DNA of 64,000 nt, from the NCBI GenBank assembly GCA_037447605.1, contig CM074807.1, positions 3,732,829 to 3,796,828 on the forward strand. Direction: 5' to 3'. The notes under the pieces are model-generated. The model ran no database searches. It worked only from the letters and a program-made list of their open reading frames with translations, and had not been told where the DNA came from. Shown here in pieces: positions 25,131-55,477 of the stretch. Numbering within the stretch: the stretch's first letter is position 1; the number at the start of each line of letters is the position of its first letter. The DNA comes from Zygnema circumcarinatum SAG 698-1b (Eukaryota > Plantae > Zygnematophyceae). The position numbers and the translations under genes were made by a program.

Positions 25131-25659
25131 AGCAATTCTTTCCTTCTCTCCTTCTCCTTTGTCCTCGTGGAAGCCGGGACATGGCAGTAGCGCTGTATAG
25201 CAACTCCATTTGGGCCAGACTGGCTTTTATTCCACACTGTGTATATGTTCACTATTGCGAGTTTTTTTCATGGCTTACTAATTTTTGAGCTATATTTCTG
25301 ACTGAGGCGCCGCATGTGAATAAATAATTTGACCTGGCTACGGATTTAGGAACTGCACTTTGAACTCGAAAAGAAAGCAGTAGATCAGCTCTTAGGGCAA
25401 TGAAGTTTTTTTCTATCGAGAAAAGCAAATCTAGTCGTTGTGAACATCCCCTCAAGCGCCTTCACTATACGGTCTATCAAAAATTAAGTGTTTGAAATCA
25501 TAATCCGCACTGATCATGCGTCTGATGTCCACTGAAAAGCAGTGATGAATTTGATTTCTCCTTCAAAAATTGAACTCCCCCTGATGATAGTTATTAGGGT
25601 TTTCTCAACTTCATGAATCTTTCATTACTGATTAAACTCCCATTTCAGTGTGCTATAAG

Positions 25660-25732
25660 GGTCGTGTGGCCTAATGGATAAGGCGTTGGTCTTCGAAACC
25701 AAAGATTGTGGGTTCGACCCCCACCGTGATCG
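25660..25732 (+). tRNA. trnR-UCG: tRNA-Arg, anticodon UCG, intronless
   Basis: Cloverleaf: acceptor GGTCGTG/CGTGATC (three G:U pairs), D arm GCCT/AGGC, anticodon stem TTGGT/ACCAA with loop CTTCGAA, T arm GTGGG-TTCGACC-CCCAC. Upstream TATAA and downstream T-run. Confidence 0.93.
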
Positions 25733-25740
25733 TGGAGTTC

Positions 25741-25746
25741 TTTTTT
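25741..25746 (+). terminator. Pol III oligo-T terminator of the tRNA
   Basis: TTTTTT begins 9 nt after the discriminator base. Confidence 0.75.
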
Positions 25747-26089
25747 CATTTGTCAGATTGAAGGTTTCTCGGGCTGCCCTTTGGAATAGCACGTAACTTC
25801 CAAAACGATGTCCCGAAAATTAAAGATCGGACCTTCTGTATGAGATTTTTTATGGACGGTAATTGCAGCAATGGACGGCCAAGATCGCTCCCCGACCTGT
25901 AAAAAAAACGTTGGAAATTTTGGGAGCTTCCGATCGCCGGCACTAAGTGGCTCTGCGGGGAGTCTACGGAGAACTGCGTTTAGGGTTTGACAAGCGGGAA
26001 AATTAGGGGAGGCAGGTTGGTGTGAGGAGGGGGACTGAGGGAGAGAGGAAGGAAGGGAGAGAAGGAAGGCGGGAGGGAGGGAGAGAAAA

Positions 26090-26452
26090 ATGGCATCGAG
26101 AAAGAGGCGGCTTGAGGTTATTCCTCTTAGCTACTATCCCGGACCACTGCCTTTGGTGAAGCCACCGGGGCCGCTGGGGTCTACAAGAAGCCGCTCCAAG
26201 AAGGATCATAAAGAGCATGCGGTCTTTGGGGTGGGGGGATGTGGCAGAGAGATGCAGGAATGCTCTAGTGAATGTGACACGCCTGCAGGCGAGGGTGAGA
26301 CGGGAGGCGCAGTGGGAGGAGGAACAGGAGAAGTTGTGAACGTTCCTGTTCAGCCTGCGCAGCATGCACCGTTCATTTTCAAATCTGTGCCAGTTTTTCC
26401 TGTCAACATGATGGGGGGATCACGGCCTTTTCAAAGATCACAAGTTCAGTAG
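26090..26452 (+). CDS. Unassigned 120-aa ORF, possibly a lineage-specific gene or a first exon
   Basis: Strong start context AAAATGGC, a GA-rich leader like those of neighbouring real genes, telo-box TAGGGTTT at about 25981 and GGACGG/GATC motifs upstream. Begins MASRKRR (NLS-like). No family recognised. Confidence 0.45.
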   Translation: MASRKRRLEVIPLSYYPGPLPLVKPPGPLGSTRSRSKKDHKEHAVFGVGGCGREMQECSSECDTPAGEGETGGAVGGGTGEVVNVPVQPAQHAPFIFKSVPVFPVNMMGGSRPFQRSQVQ

Positions 26453-27296
26453 GGAGTTCTGTCATGTAAGTAGTAGCTAACAGGCACAGCACAAAGAGAT
26501 TCCAGTGTGCCGGTTTCCCTTGATAAAGGCAACAGCCAATCCTTGCTTTGCTTGAAGACGGGAGAAGGGGTTTCAAAAGCAACAGGAGTCAGCTTCTCCT
26601 TCTATGAATGATTTGATCTTGTCGAGTATACGGAGCCAGATAGCTTCTAGGGAAAGGTGCAGATGTAGGCGAGTTTGCAGATCGGTGGAGGTCAATAGTG
26701 CAAGTGGACGTTTGCAAATAAGGTTTCGGTAGGGCAAGAGGGCTCCTTGGCTTTTTTTCCCGCAAAAAATTGCCTCTAAATAACGCCCCCTTTTGTTCAG
26801 GGACAGGGACTGACGCTAGATTTCATTTACAAAGAAGACAAGATGTACTACTGCTATATCTCATTTGATGCTTTGCATGCTTCAAGTGTGGTGTTAGAGA
26901 TTGCTTCACGCTCGTGAATACTGTGAGCTTTCAATGGAGGGTTTCAATACTGATTACTTCTCAGTGCTGGAAGATAAAGTTGCACCTTTCATGAATCACG
27001 AGGAAGTCTCTCTTCCGGACAAAGAGCTAGCCAACTTGGGCACATTGCCATCAACATGCCAATTCAGACGTTGGAACTGAGCAGCCGCCAGGCTCAAAAG
27101 ACCACCACTCTCCTTGCTGGTTTTGAAGGAGACACATTTACTCTCTTCTCATACGAACAATGCCTTTACAATTCGTACATCGACTGCCTCTCTTACTTAT
27201 GGACAAGCTACAAAATGGCGAGCCTCCCGCACCAACTTCTGGAGGAACATTTCTACGTCTGCAGGGAACAAGAACAGCTGCTTCTTTACAACGAGG

Positions 27297-29912
27297 TTAT
27301 GCCTGCTGCAAATTTTTCAGATCATATACAGCGATGTGTGGCATAATCACAGAGCCCATAAGCAGAAACCCGTCATGCTCCTCAACTTCGCTTACAGCCC
27401 TCACCTTCACACCCTTTCTGTCTTCCAGAATTTGCGTCACATTACCATGCTCATCCAACTCCATTATGATACCGTGGGGCATTCGAATAGCTAAGATATA
27501 GACCAGCTTTATGCTGAGGGGGAGCTTTAAGATTGCAGTTCGGACCCACGGACGTTTTGCTGCCCAATCTGTGCCTCCCACCCAAACTATTTGTGAGGCC
27601 AAGCAGAGGTTTCTGCAGAAATTTTGAGGACAAGCTGACCACACCTTTTTTAATACAAGACGAGCGGAGAGGACTAGAGGATGGAATGCCTCTCTGCAGA
27701 TGTCTCTTAACAAACTTTCCTCTTCTAAGTTTACCTTGTTTCATGTTCGACCTTTCCCTCTCCCCAAGTTCGTCAGATAATTGCTACATTTTGCCCCACA
27801 ATTTGATGTCTTGCCTAACGATGAACATTCTTTGTTACTTTTTTTTTTTTTTTTCCTGCGGGAATAACAAGACGGCGAGGGGCATTGGGGTCGCACCAAT
27901 CAAGGGGTTTCGGCGAGCGTGGATTCCGACCCAAAAGCGGCCACGAGGGTTCAATTTGACATTGTCAGGCCACCCTGGAAGCTCAGCGAACACTTCTGAA
28001 GTTCCCGCCTTGGGGCCTGTCAACCAATAGCGGTGCAATCTGCAGAACATACACCAAAAGAGTGGCTGAAGCCCCACTATACAATACGTGGAGAATGTTC
28101 ATTGGTCCTTCGCCGATCACAAAGACAATTCAATAATCTGACAAGTAATAAAGGACGAAGACCTGCTTGTGATGTACGAGCCAACATTGGATTGCAGGCG
28201 CTATGTTTAGGTACTTACCGCAACAGACTGGTTTCAGCGAAAACCAAAAACGACCGGTCTTTGGAGATTGCTACTCCGTTTGGAAAAAGCAAATCACGGA
28301 CCAGCACAGTTGTAACGTTTGTCGTGGGGTCGTACTTCAACAGGCGGCCGTAAGGTTGGCCTTCCAAAATCTCCAACAGAAACTGCCTGAAGAATGGGAG
28401 ACAAGCAGAGGGGGTCTATCATGCAGTGAGAAGTCTCTCTTCACAACCAATGAGAGGATGGAGGGAAGGGGGCAATAATACAAACTTGGGTGCATTCTCA
28501 TCCTCATGCAGACAGACTCTTGAAAGAGGTGGAGCACAGGGGCTGCACTTTAGACAAACACTGGTTGAAACCAGAAGGGGGTGAGAAATGTTAATCTATT
28601 ATCGTCGACATCAGACTGAGCACCCAGCAATTCGGGGCAGCAAAATATAGCAAATTGATGAATCCGCGATAATACACAATAATCACACACATCAACATAC
28701 AGAATCAATTCAAGTTCAGTCTACTTCGATACATTTTGTTAGTTTTTCTTCAGTGTTTCCATTTCGTGTAGAAGAGATTGGGATGCTTCAAGCATGCGGA
28801 AAGCTTTTCATATTTTCAGTAATCCTCACCTTCTCCTGTACTTAGTACTCGAATCGGTGAAGTAGACAGTTCCATCTTCCAAAACATCCATGGCATTCGT
28901 GAATCCAAAAGGGACCCCTTCTGCCTCCGTAGCAAGGCACTGAACGCGCCGAGTCTTTTTCTCCACCACGAAGAGTCCGTGATATGCATCAGCCACATAG
29001 AGATCGCCAGTTACAGGGTGAAATTGGAGTCCCAGTGGGCGGCCGCAAATGTGCTCGATGGGTAGGTTTGGTCCAAGTTTTTTGTAATCGCATGCTTCGG
29101 TTCTGCAATATGGGAAAAGGACATGTTGGATTGAGCTTTACGATTTGCCAGGGGTCGTTTTCTCCAATAAATCTTAATATTAATTATTATAACTCTCATT
29201 AGTTGTTGAGTGCTCTTGCAAGCTCTCATTGCGTCTCCAATAGAGCTGCAGCCCATGACCGAGAACATTCTTTTGCAATTTGAAAGATTTCTTTTAAAAA
29301 ATCAGCTACAACACAGCAGTAGCATGCTCTCTGCTGTCCCTAGAAGAAAAATCAATGGTCCCCTTACGAACGTTCTATAACGCCCATTTCTACATGCTCC
29401 AAGATGCAGCTATAAACCCCTAAAAGTGACACTCCAGCTGAACCAAGAGCCTATTTCCGGCATGGTTCCGTCAGAAATTTCAGGGCACTTCTTTCAAGCG
29501 GAGCCAATTCGCATTCTCAACAGTCTCAAACGCATTCCAAGCTGCAGCATTATGCATTCAAAGACGCCTCACTGTAATGCACTCACCTGTTCGGAGAAGT
29601 GACAGCAAAAGTAGCCCATCCAGATTCCTCAAGCTTCACCACTCTCCCGTCCGATAAACTTAAGTAAGGCCCTTCTCCTGCAGGGTCAAATGCAATGCTC
29701 TCCGGCCCAAAAAACCCTCCTTCGACTAGTGTAGCCTTTACAAGGAGATCTTGACTGTCTGACAGCTCCACATTTGATGGCGCCGGCAGAGACGAGTAGT
29801 TGGAGGGAGTGAAGTTTATTCCGCGAATAGGGCTAAGCTTAAAGGGGTCTGCAAGCAGCAGCCCTCCAAGAAGCACCAGCGCATAGGCGAGCTGAGAAAG
29901 AAACCTGATCAT
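27297..29912 (-). CDS. SSL: Strictosidine synthase-like / APMAP-type beta-propeller protein, 5 exons, 393 aa
   Basis: Exons 29912-29587, 29102-28830, 28386-28219, 28039-27897, 27568-27297. N-terminal hydrophobic anchor. Motifs: [84 protein letters not shown]. Confidence 0.94.
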
Positions 29913-30082
29913 GGCTGCCTGCGGGCCAATTGCCCTCCTTCCCTCCCTCCCGCTTCCCGTTCAGTCCCCTCTCTTGTGAGCGAGCGAGATGTAGAGATAA
30001 GAGGGCGAGAGAGGGCGAGCGAGAGCGCCTGGAGAGGGGGGCTGTGGACGAGGTTTGAAAGCCAACAAGGCGAATGGAAGGG

Positions 30083-30120
30083 CCAATGATAGGCTGCCAC
30101 GTGCACATGCTGCCACGTGG
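30083..30120. promoter_or_regulatory. CCAAT-N10-CACG (ERSE-like) element overlapping tandem G-boxes upstream of SSL
   Basis: CCAAT 30083-87, 10-nt spacer, CACG 30098-30101, and a second GCCACGTGG at about 30112-30120. About 170 bp upstream of the ATG. Confidence 0.5.
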
Positions 30121-30246
30121 CGACCACTGGGTGATGGTGTCATGGGGTCATGCGTCATGGGGTCATGCCATGCGTGACATGTGCCCGGACTCGGCTGACC
30201 GGAATCCGCCCGCCATTGTGGGGCCCGGCCGCCATCATCATGTCTA

Positions 30247-30368
30247 AGGGCCGGGCGGGTGTGCACATGGGGGAGGAAAGGGCATTGGTATGGGTCTATG
30301 GAGGCTGAGGGCCGGGTGGGTGTGCACATGGGGGAGGAAAGCGCATTGGCATGTGTCTGTGGAGGCGA
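30247..30368. repeat. 61-bp tandem duplication
   Basis: AGGGCCGGG(C/T)GGGTGTGCACATGGGGGAGGAAAG(G/C)GCATTGG... occurs twice with a few substitutions. Confidence 0.9.
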
Positions 30369-30500
30369 TGCCATGAAAGGGACATGGCCACATGGACAAC
30401 AACAGCACCGTGGAGAACCACGAGGAGTCGGTCGCAAAGGACCTCAGGACTGGAAAAAGGAAAAAGCTGTGGGATAAACTCTCTTTCCTTTCTGGGGCCT
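30364..30500. repeat. Dispersed repeat family, copy B
   Basis: CATGGACAACAAC...GAGAACCACGAGGAGTCGGTCGCAAAGGACCTCAGGAC...AAAAAGCT aligns with copies A, C and D. Confidence 0.7.
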
Positions 30501-31026
30501 CACTTTTGCGTGAAGTCGCACTATGGGTATCTCATGGAACGAAATCAAACACATGTTTCCATTATTTCAAGGCCTCCCTTGCCCTCCCGCGCGACTTCAT
30601 AACATGCCACGCCCGACATGTCATGCCATGCCGACGTTTGCCATGCCGACGTTTGCCATGCCATGCCAATCAAACATGCACAGTATAGACAATGTTTATG
30701 CTTTAATTCAAAAGCTCACACATTCATTTCCAATATCTCAAAGCAGTTTCACGGTACAGAGTTGATTTTACTGTATCAATAAGTGTGAACCCATCTCAAT
30801 GTCCTCTGGCATACATTCTTCACGCTAGCCTCCACGCCATATCTGAAATACCGAAGCAAGACTTTTGGAACGATGGACATCGAAAAATCTAGCCTGGCTG
30901 TTCCAAGAAACAGGCTACTGGAACCTATAATGTATTCCTAAATTTCCTACACTAAAATCGTCTAGTCCCCCGATTTCGAGGATCTCTTTTCTCTCCTGCT
31001 ACACATCAATCGTGATGAAGGAAAAC

Positions 31027-32214
31027 TTAAGCGGTTGAACCGGCCACAATCTCAAGAATCTCGCCAGTGATCTTTGCTTGTCGTTGTCTGTTGTAAGTGA
31101 TTGAAAGCGACTTCTTCAAATCCTTCGCGTTGTCACTTGCATTGCTCATGGCGTTCATGCGAGCAGCAAGCTCACTCGCCAAAGACTCCTGCAGAGCTCT
31201 TAGGATCTGGCTGTTCAAGTACAAGGGGAGAAGAGCGTCCAAGATCTGCATTGGCTCCTGCTCGAATATCAAAACACCCTGGACCGGCTCCACGGTCTCG
31301 GTACGAATAAGCTCACGCTCAACGGAGAACTTGCCCTCCTTTGTAGTGAGCCGGAAAAGCTCATCCTCCGCAGCATCCACACAGGTACCGTTGATGTCAC
31401 AAACCTCGCCCTGAGGGGACAGGGGCAGAAGTGTGTGGATGATCGGGTCTGACTTAATCAGAGAAACAAACTTGGTGTACAGAAGCTCTACCTTGTCGAC
31501 CTCCTCAGATACAAAAAGTGAAAAGATCTCGTCAGCGATTGCCTGAGCTTCCTTAGTTGTTGGCTGGCCTCCAGCCTCCAAGAACCTATCGACATTAATG
31601 TATGGCCGCCTCTTGAAGTAGCTGTTGCCCTTCTTTCCAATGCTAACCAATGTGTATGCTACTCCTAGCTGAGTAAGCTCCTTAATACGTGCCTCCGCCT
31701 TCTTGATGACATAGTTGTTGAACCCTCCGCAAAGCCCCCTGTCTCCCGTTACCACGACAATGGCAACCTTCTTGACTGGCCTCACGTCAGTAAGAGGAAT
31801 GTCAATATCTTCACTCTGGAGCTGCTCATTTACATTGTACAGCACCTTCACCAGGTTTTCGGAAAACGGTCTCCCGTTGACAACAGCTTCCTGGGCTCTC
31901 CGCACCTTGGCAGCAGCGACAAGCTTCATCGCCTCTGTGATCTTCTGCGTGCTCTTCACAGAGTCGATGCGATCACGCATAGCCTTCAACGAGGCTGTCG
32001 TCACTCTGCCAGCCTCTGGGCGCTTGCTCTCCAGCTCTGCATTCAGATCTGACACATCTGCAACACGCGTAGGGAGAGATCTAAGCGAAAGCCCCTCAAA
32101 AGAAGGCACCACCATCTTCTTTGAGGCGACCTTCGATCTCTGTGAAGCAGAGGCCGACGCAGAGGTCGCTGCCGCAGCAGCGATCGCTGAGCTGCAAGAA
32201 AACGCCGTCGCCAT
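31027..32214 (-). CDS. ATPC: Chloroplast ATP synthase gamma subunit, nuclear-encoded, intronless CDS, 395 aa
   Basis: Ala/Ser-rich transit peptide from the ATG at 32214. Motifs: RDRIDSVKSTQKITEAMKLVAAAKVRRAQ, VTGDRGLCGGFN, redox Cys pair VCDINGTCVD, YNRQRQAKITGEILEIVAG. Confidence 0.98.
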   Translation of the reverse strand: MATAFSCSSAIAAAAATSASASASQRSKVASKKMVVPSFEGLSLRSLPTRVADVSDLNAELESKRPEAGRVTTASLKAMRDRIDSVKSTQKITEAMKLVAAAKVRRAQEAVVNGRPFSENLVKVLYNVNEQLQSEDIDIPLTDVRPVKKVAIVVVTGDRGLCGGFNNYVIKKAEARIKELTQLGVAYTLVSIGKKGNSYFKRRPYINVDRFLEAGGQPTTKEAQAIADEIFSLFVSEEVDKVELLYTKFVSLIKSDPIIHTLLPLSPQGEVCDINGTCVDAAEDELFRLTTKEGKFSVERELIRTETVEPVQGVLIFEQEPMQILDALLPLYLNSQILRALQESLASELAARMNAMSNASDNAKDLKKSLSITYNRQRQAKITGEILEIVAGSTA

Positions 32215-32813
32215 ATCTGCAACGTCCAACACTCAAAAGTTTTTCCCTAGTGCTGCGCCTGCCGCAGCCACCCCCCCCGAGATACAAACAAAAGCTCCTC
32301 CAACCTCCTCCTTCACGGACAGTGCAAAGCAGATCTGCAGAAATGGCGGCTGCTGCTAAGCCCCCCTCTCGAAAAGCGCAGGCCTTTTCCTCTCAAAAGC
32401 CCTTTCCTGCGCTGCCGCCACTTCCACCTGCTCTTCCAGGAATCCCAAACGCCGAGCCGAGCCCGAACCGTCTCCAGACCTCTGCGGAGCCTCTGCCGAA
32501 CCAAACGCAGCCGGGAATTTGGGGTCGCCGCCGCCAGAGTGAAAAGTTTCACAGCTGCCCGAAAGAGCATCCCTTTGGGAACAAGGGATTTTCTGGCTCG
32601 AAACGGGTTCGGGACAGGTTCGGGACAGATTCGGAAGCAGTTAGCGGCTGGAGGTACTTCGAAAAGGCTACGGTCATTCGGCGATAAGGTTTGACGGCGA
32701 GGTTCGGAATCGAGTCAAGGAGCTGTGACTGCCGAACCTGTTCCCGGGCCTATCCGGATGCGGTAGGCTGCCGCGACGGAAGCCTCTGATTGGCGGAGGG
32801 ACCCAACGGAGGT

Positions 32814-32823
32814 GCCACGTGGC
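32814..32823. promoter_or_regulatory. Palindromic G-box GCCACGTGGC upstream of atpC, with a nearby CCAAT box
   Basis: Perfect 10-bp palindrome about 600 bp upstream of the ATG, and ATTGG about 25 bp away. G-boxes are typical of light-regulated photosynthesis genes. Confidence 0.5.
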
Positions 32824-33268
32824 AGTGAGGCGAACCTTGGAAGCCCGAGATGAGGCCTCGCACGAGCGGGGACGGGAAATTTTCGGTCAGCGGTTTCGGG
32901 CAGCGCGCAGGGGGAACAAAAAATAATTGGGAAAAAAAAAAATTGGGAGGGGGAATCTCCACGTCAAAGTGTTGCGTCACAATGACGTCATCTGGTTGCA
33001 AACTTTTTACAATAAGTACGTCACTTGCCGTACAGTCATGCCATGGTCATGGGCATGCCTTCCGCAGAAAAGCGCATCGTCATGCTCATCGTACTGTGTG
33101 CATGGACATGGACATGTACATGGACATGGGCCGTCCATGGTTGGTGCATACCGTAATGTTGAACAGGCGGGTACATGCAAAATGAAACAACAACAACCTG
33201 AAACAACATGAAACATGAAACATGCAATGCCACTTCCATTTATTGCAAAAGGATGATGGATTGGATTT

Positions 33269-33455
33269 AGCATTGATCACGATGGCGCTTTGTCTTTTTG
33301 TCGTCAAATGTACATGGACAAAAAACGAAATGGGGAACCACGAGGAGCCGGTCACAAGGGACCTAAGGACACAATAAAAACAAAGCTTTGAGGGGGACTC
33401 TGCTTCCAGGCCCGACAACAACAACACGGCTCTATAGCAACAAAGGAAACGCATA
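33269..33455. repeat. Dispersed repeat family, copy C (longest)
   Basis: CATTGATCACGATGGCG...AAATGTACATGGACAAAA...GAACCACGAGGAGCCGGTCACAAGGGACCTAAGGAC...AAAGCTTTGAGGGGGACTCT...CTATAG. Confidence 0.72.
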
Positions 33456-35205
33456 TAAGCATGCATGCAAAATGCAGCTACCTGGCTGTTTCCTTAGTAC
33501 ACACATTGTGGTTTCTGACCAGATATTATCCTCTCGTAGTCAAAGTTTTTTGTTTCTTAGGGTGTGAAAACAGTAGTAACTTGTTAAGGTATACAGTAGT
33601 AAATGGTTTCACTCTTGAAAGTTCAAAATCACGAAGCTGCGAAGAATGGTAGAAACCTAATTCGCTTATTTTCAACAAAGGCATCTACTTACGTGTAAAA
33701 CACGAATGGACTTACCAAACGGATAACTGTCCATAGCCTAAACTTTCATCAGGACAGACTGCCATCTATGACCGCACTAAACTGCAGATAAACACAGTAC
33801 ATTTCCCTGCTCGTCACAGATCGCAGGCTGGTTTGGTTAAGCTCAACCATCCCTTCTACAGCGACATTTTCTCCAGATGAATCAAATTCACACCAGAAGA
33901 AGAGTGTGCTCTGGCCGACCAATGCACTGGCTCCAATGCAGACAGAGAGCCATGATAGGTTGTTAGATTGTGATGTGAGTCATCTCCTGGATTTTGCCAA
34001 ACAATAGCCTTCTCATAGCTCAGCCCTCTTCCAGAAATTCTCTTTAGGTTTTTATAATGGACACAGGATGGCCGACGGGCAATGACTAGTGAAGAGAGTC
34101 TGCTATCAATAAATGTCGGCAGGACTCTGCATTGTAACAGATAGCGTTTTAGGGTCGGTGGGCATTTCTGTCTGCTGAGAGACGACGGCGTCGGTGAGGG
34201 ACTTCAAGCTTAGCAGGGGGTGTCAAACTTAGCGTTCGCGGTGCAGAAATAAAATCCAAAGACAACCTGATTCAGCAGCGGATTAGAGGTAATACTTTGT
34301 CATTTCCTTTTGACGGTTTTTTGAGAAGATCGACACCACCTATTGCCGAGTTTCACGTTTTTATATTTGCGTTGTTGCCAGCAAAGGTCAGCAATCAATC
34401 CTGTAGCCCATGCCAATTACTATTTTCTCTCTAGGTTCTGCATAATCCTCATCCCGCTATTTTGCTCACAGTCCTCCACTTGAGCTCAAATTCATTTCGA
34501 TTTTCCAAGATATAGCTGCTGCTGCTCTCTACAGTTGATACGTGTGAATCGTGAAGGCTTCACAAAATCCCTTCCAAAAGAAGCGAGTGAATGGGAAGGA
34601 AGGTAAAGAAGTAAATAACTAGATTTCATACAACGAGGCTCAGGGAATAACTGGAGAAGGATAAATGCAGGGAAGAAAGAAGGCTTGAATGAAGAATGGA
34701 GGAGGAAGAGGAGAATGAAAAGGAAGGACGGCGAAGAATAAACAAGTGGACAAAGAGTACGAAGAAACCATGGACAACGGCAGCACAAAAGTTAAGTTTT
34801 GGAGAAAGGTGAGACCTAAGCAGAGAGTGAGGAAAAAAAAGTTGAAGCAGCAGAGGCCTCCAAAGCATGCATACAGCAGAGACTAACGTCCACGTGGCTT
34901 CAACCAATGGGCAGTGCAGGCCAATGTCTACGTGGCACTCACCTATTCGCTATATAAAGTGACGTGGATTTTTCAACCAGTCAAAAGTGTGTGAATCGCC
35001 ATCGTGGCAGAATTTCTCCACATGGCACTCTCCGGTTGGCTAAAGGCGCTGACTTGAACCCTTCATATGGAAAAGGAGCGAGAGCTCTTGGAAGGTGCCG
35101 GCCGACTTGCGGAGGGGGGGGAAGGAGGTGCGAGCGCCAGCTGGCGGAGGGAGAGGAGAGGAGAGGAGGGAGAAGGGGAGGGGAGTGGCAGGGGGAGGAG
35201 GAGCC

Positions 35206-54674
<19,469 letters not shown>

Positions 54675-55477
54675 TCGGCCCCTTCCCCTCTTCACTTTGT
54701 CCCAATGACAGGGTACGCTTTGGTAGGTGGAGAGCAGAGGTGTAGGTAGGTGGGTAGATAGGGAAACCTATAGATTTGCAATAATTTAGACAAAGGATGA
54801 GATGAAAGTGAATAGAATATGGTTCGCATTCGTGGCCTGGCCAAGTGACCTTGACAGGGTATCTCTTCGGGCTTAGAATTGACCTTGGTTTCAGTCCAAG
54901 GATCTGAGATGGAGATGTCCTTATCCCTCAAGTTCTCCGATTCTTTTGTTGTCATGTCTTTGAGAGCTTTCGAAACGTGAAGTCGTGGAATGAGAAATCA
55001 GAGCTCCAAAAAGCAAAGACAAAAGTTTCGTTAGCATTCATTCGTGCAACACAAAGTCCCACCGCCCCAAAAGGGGGGAAAGCCACCACTACAAAGTGAA
55101 CTCGAGAGTTCTCCAACATGCCCTTAAAGACGCCCCCTATGGCAGGCTTCCCCAAGAATATACCCAAAGATGCAAAAACTTGCCCAAAGAATTCCCCGAA
55201 CAAATTGAAATATCATGCGACTCTCATTTAGATGTCGGTCACTTTCCTTCATTTGAATGAAACTTCCTCACAACTATCTGCAATTTTTTTCTGGTTTGTC
55301 ATAGTTTAGGTACTAGCTACCTCGCCCTCATCAGGATTCGCTTGTAAGGGCACTTGCAGGCGCTCGTCGAGTCCTGTTCGAGTATCCAGCGAATTGCGCG
55401 GCTGCAAAGCGCCGGCGGCCTTTTTCCGCTGAGCTTGCAGGCTTGGAGCTGGTCTTGAAGAGTTGGGGGGCGGTGGT

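Noticed and set aside
25542-25631. C/D-like boxes (GTGATGA...CTGA...CTGA) just upstream of the tRNA
   Set aside because: No terminal stem and only about 8 nt of possible rRNA complementarity. Known plant tRNA-snoRNA dicistrons place the snoRNA downstream of the tRNA.
27056-27501. Three overlapping plus-strand ORFs of 96-126 aa
   Set aside because: Antisense to the last SSL exon and its 3' UTR, with no recognisable features.
31715-32359. 214-aa plus-strand ORF
   Set aside because: Antisense shadow of atpC.
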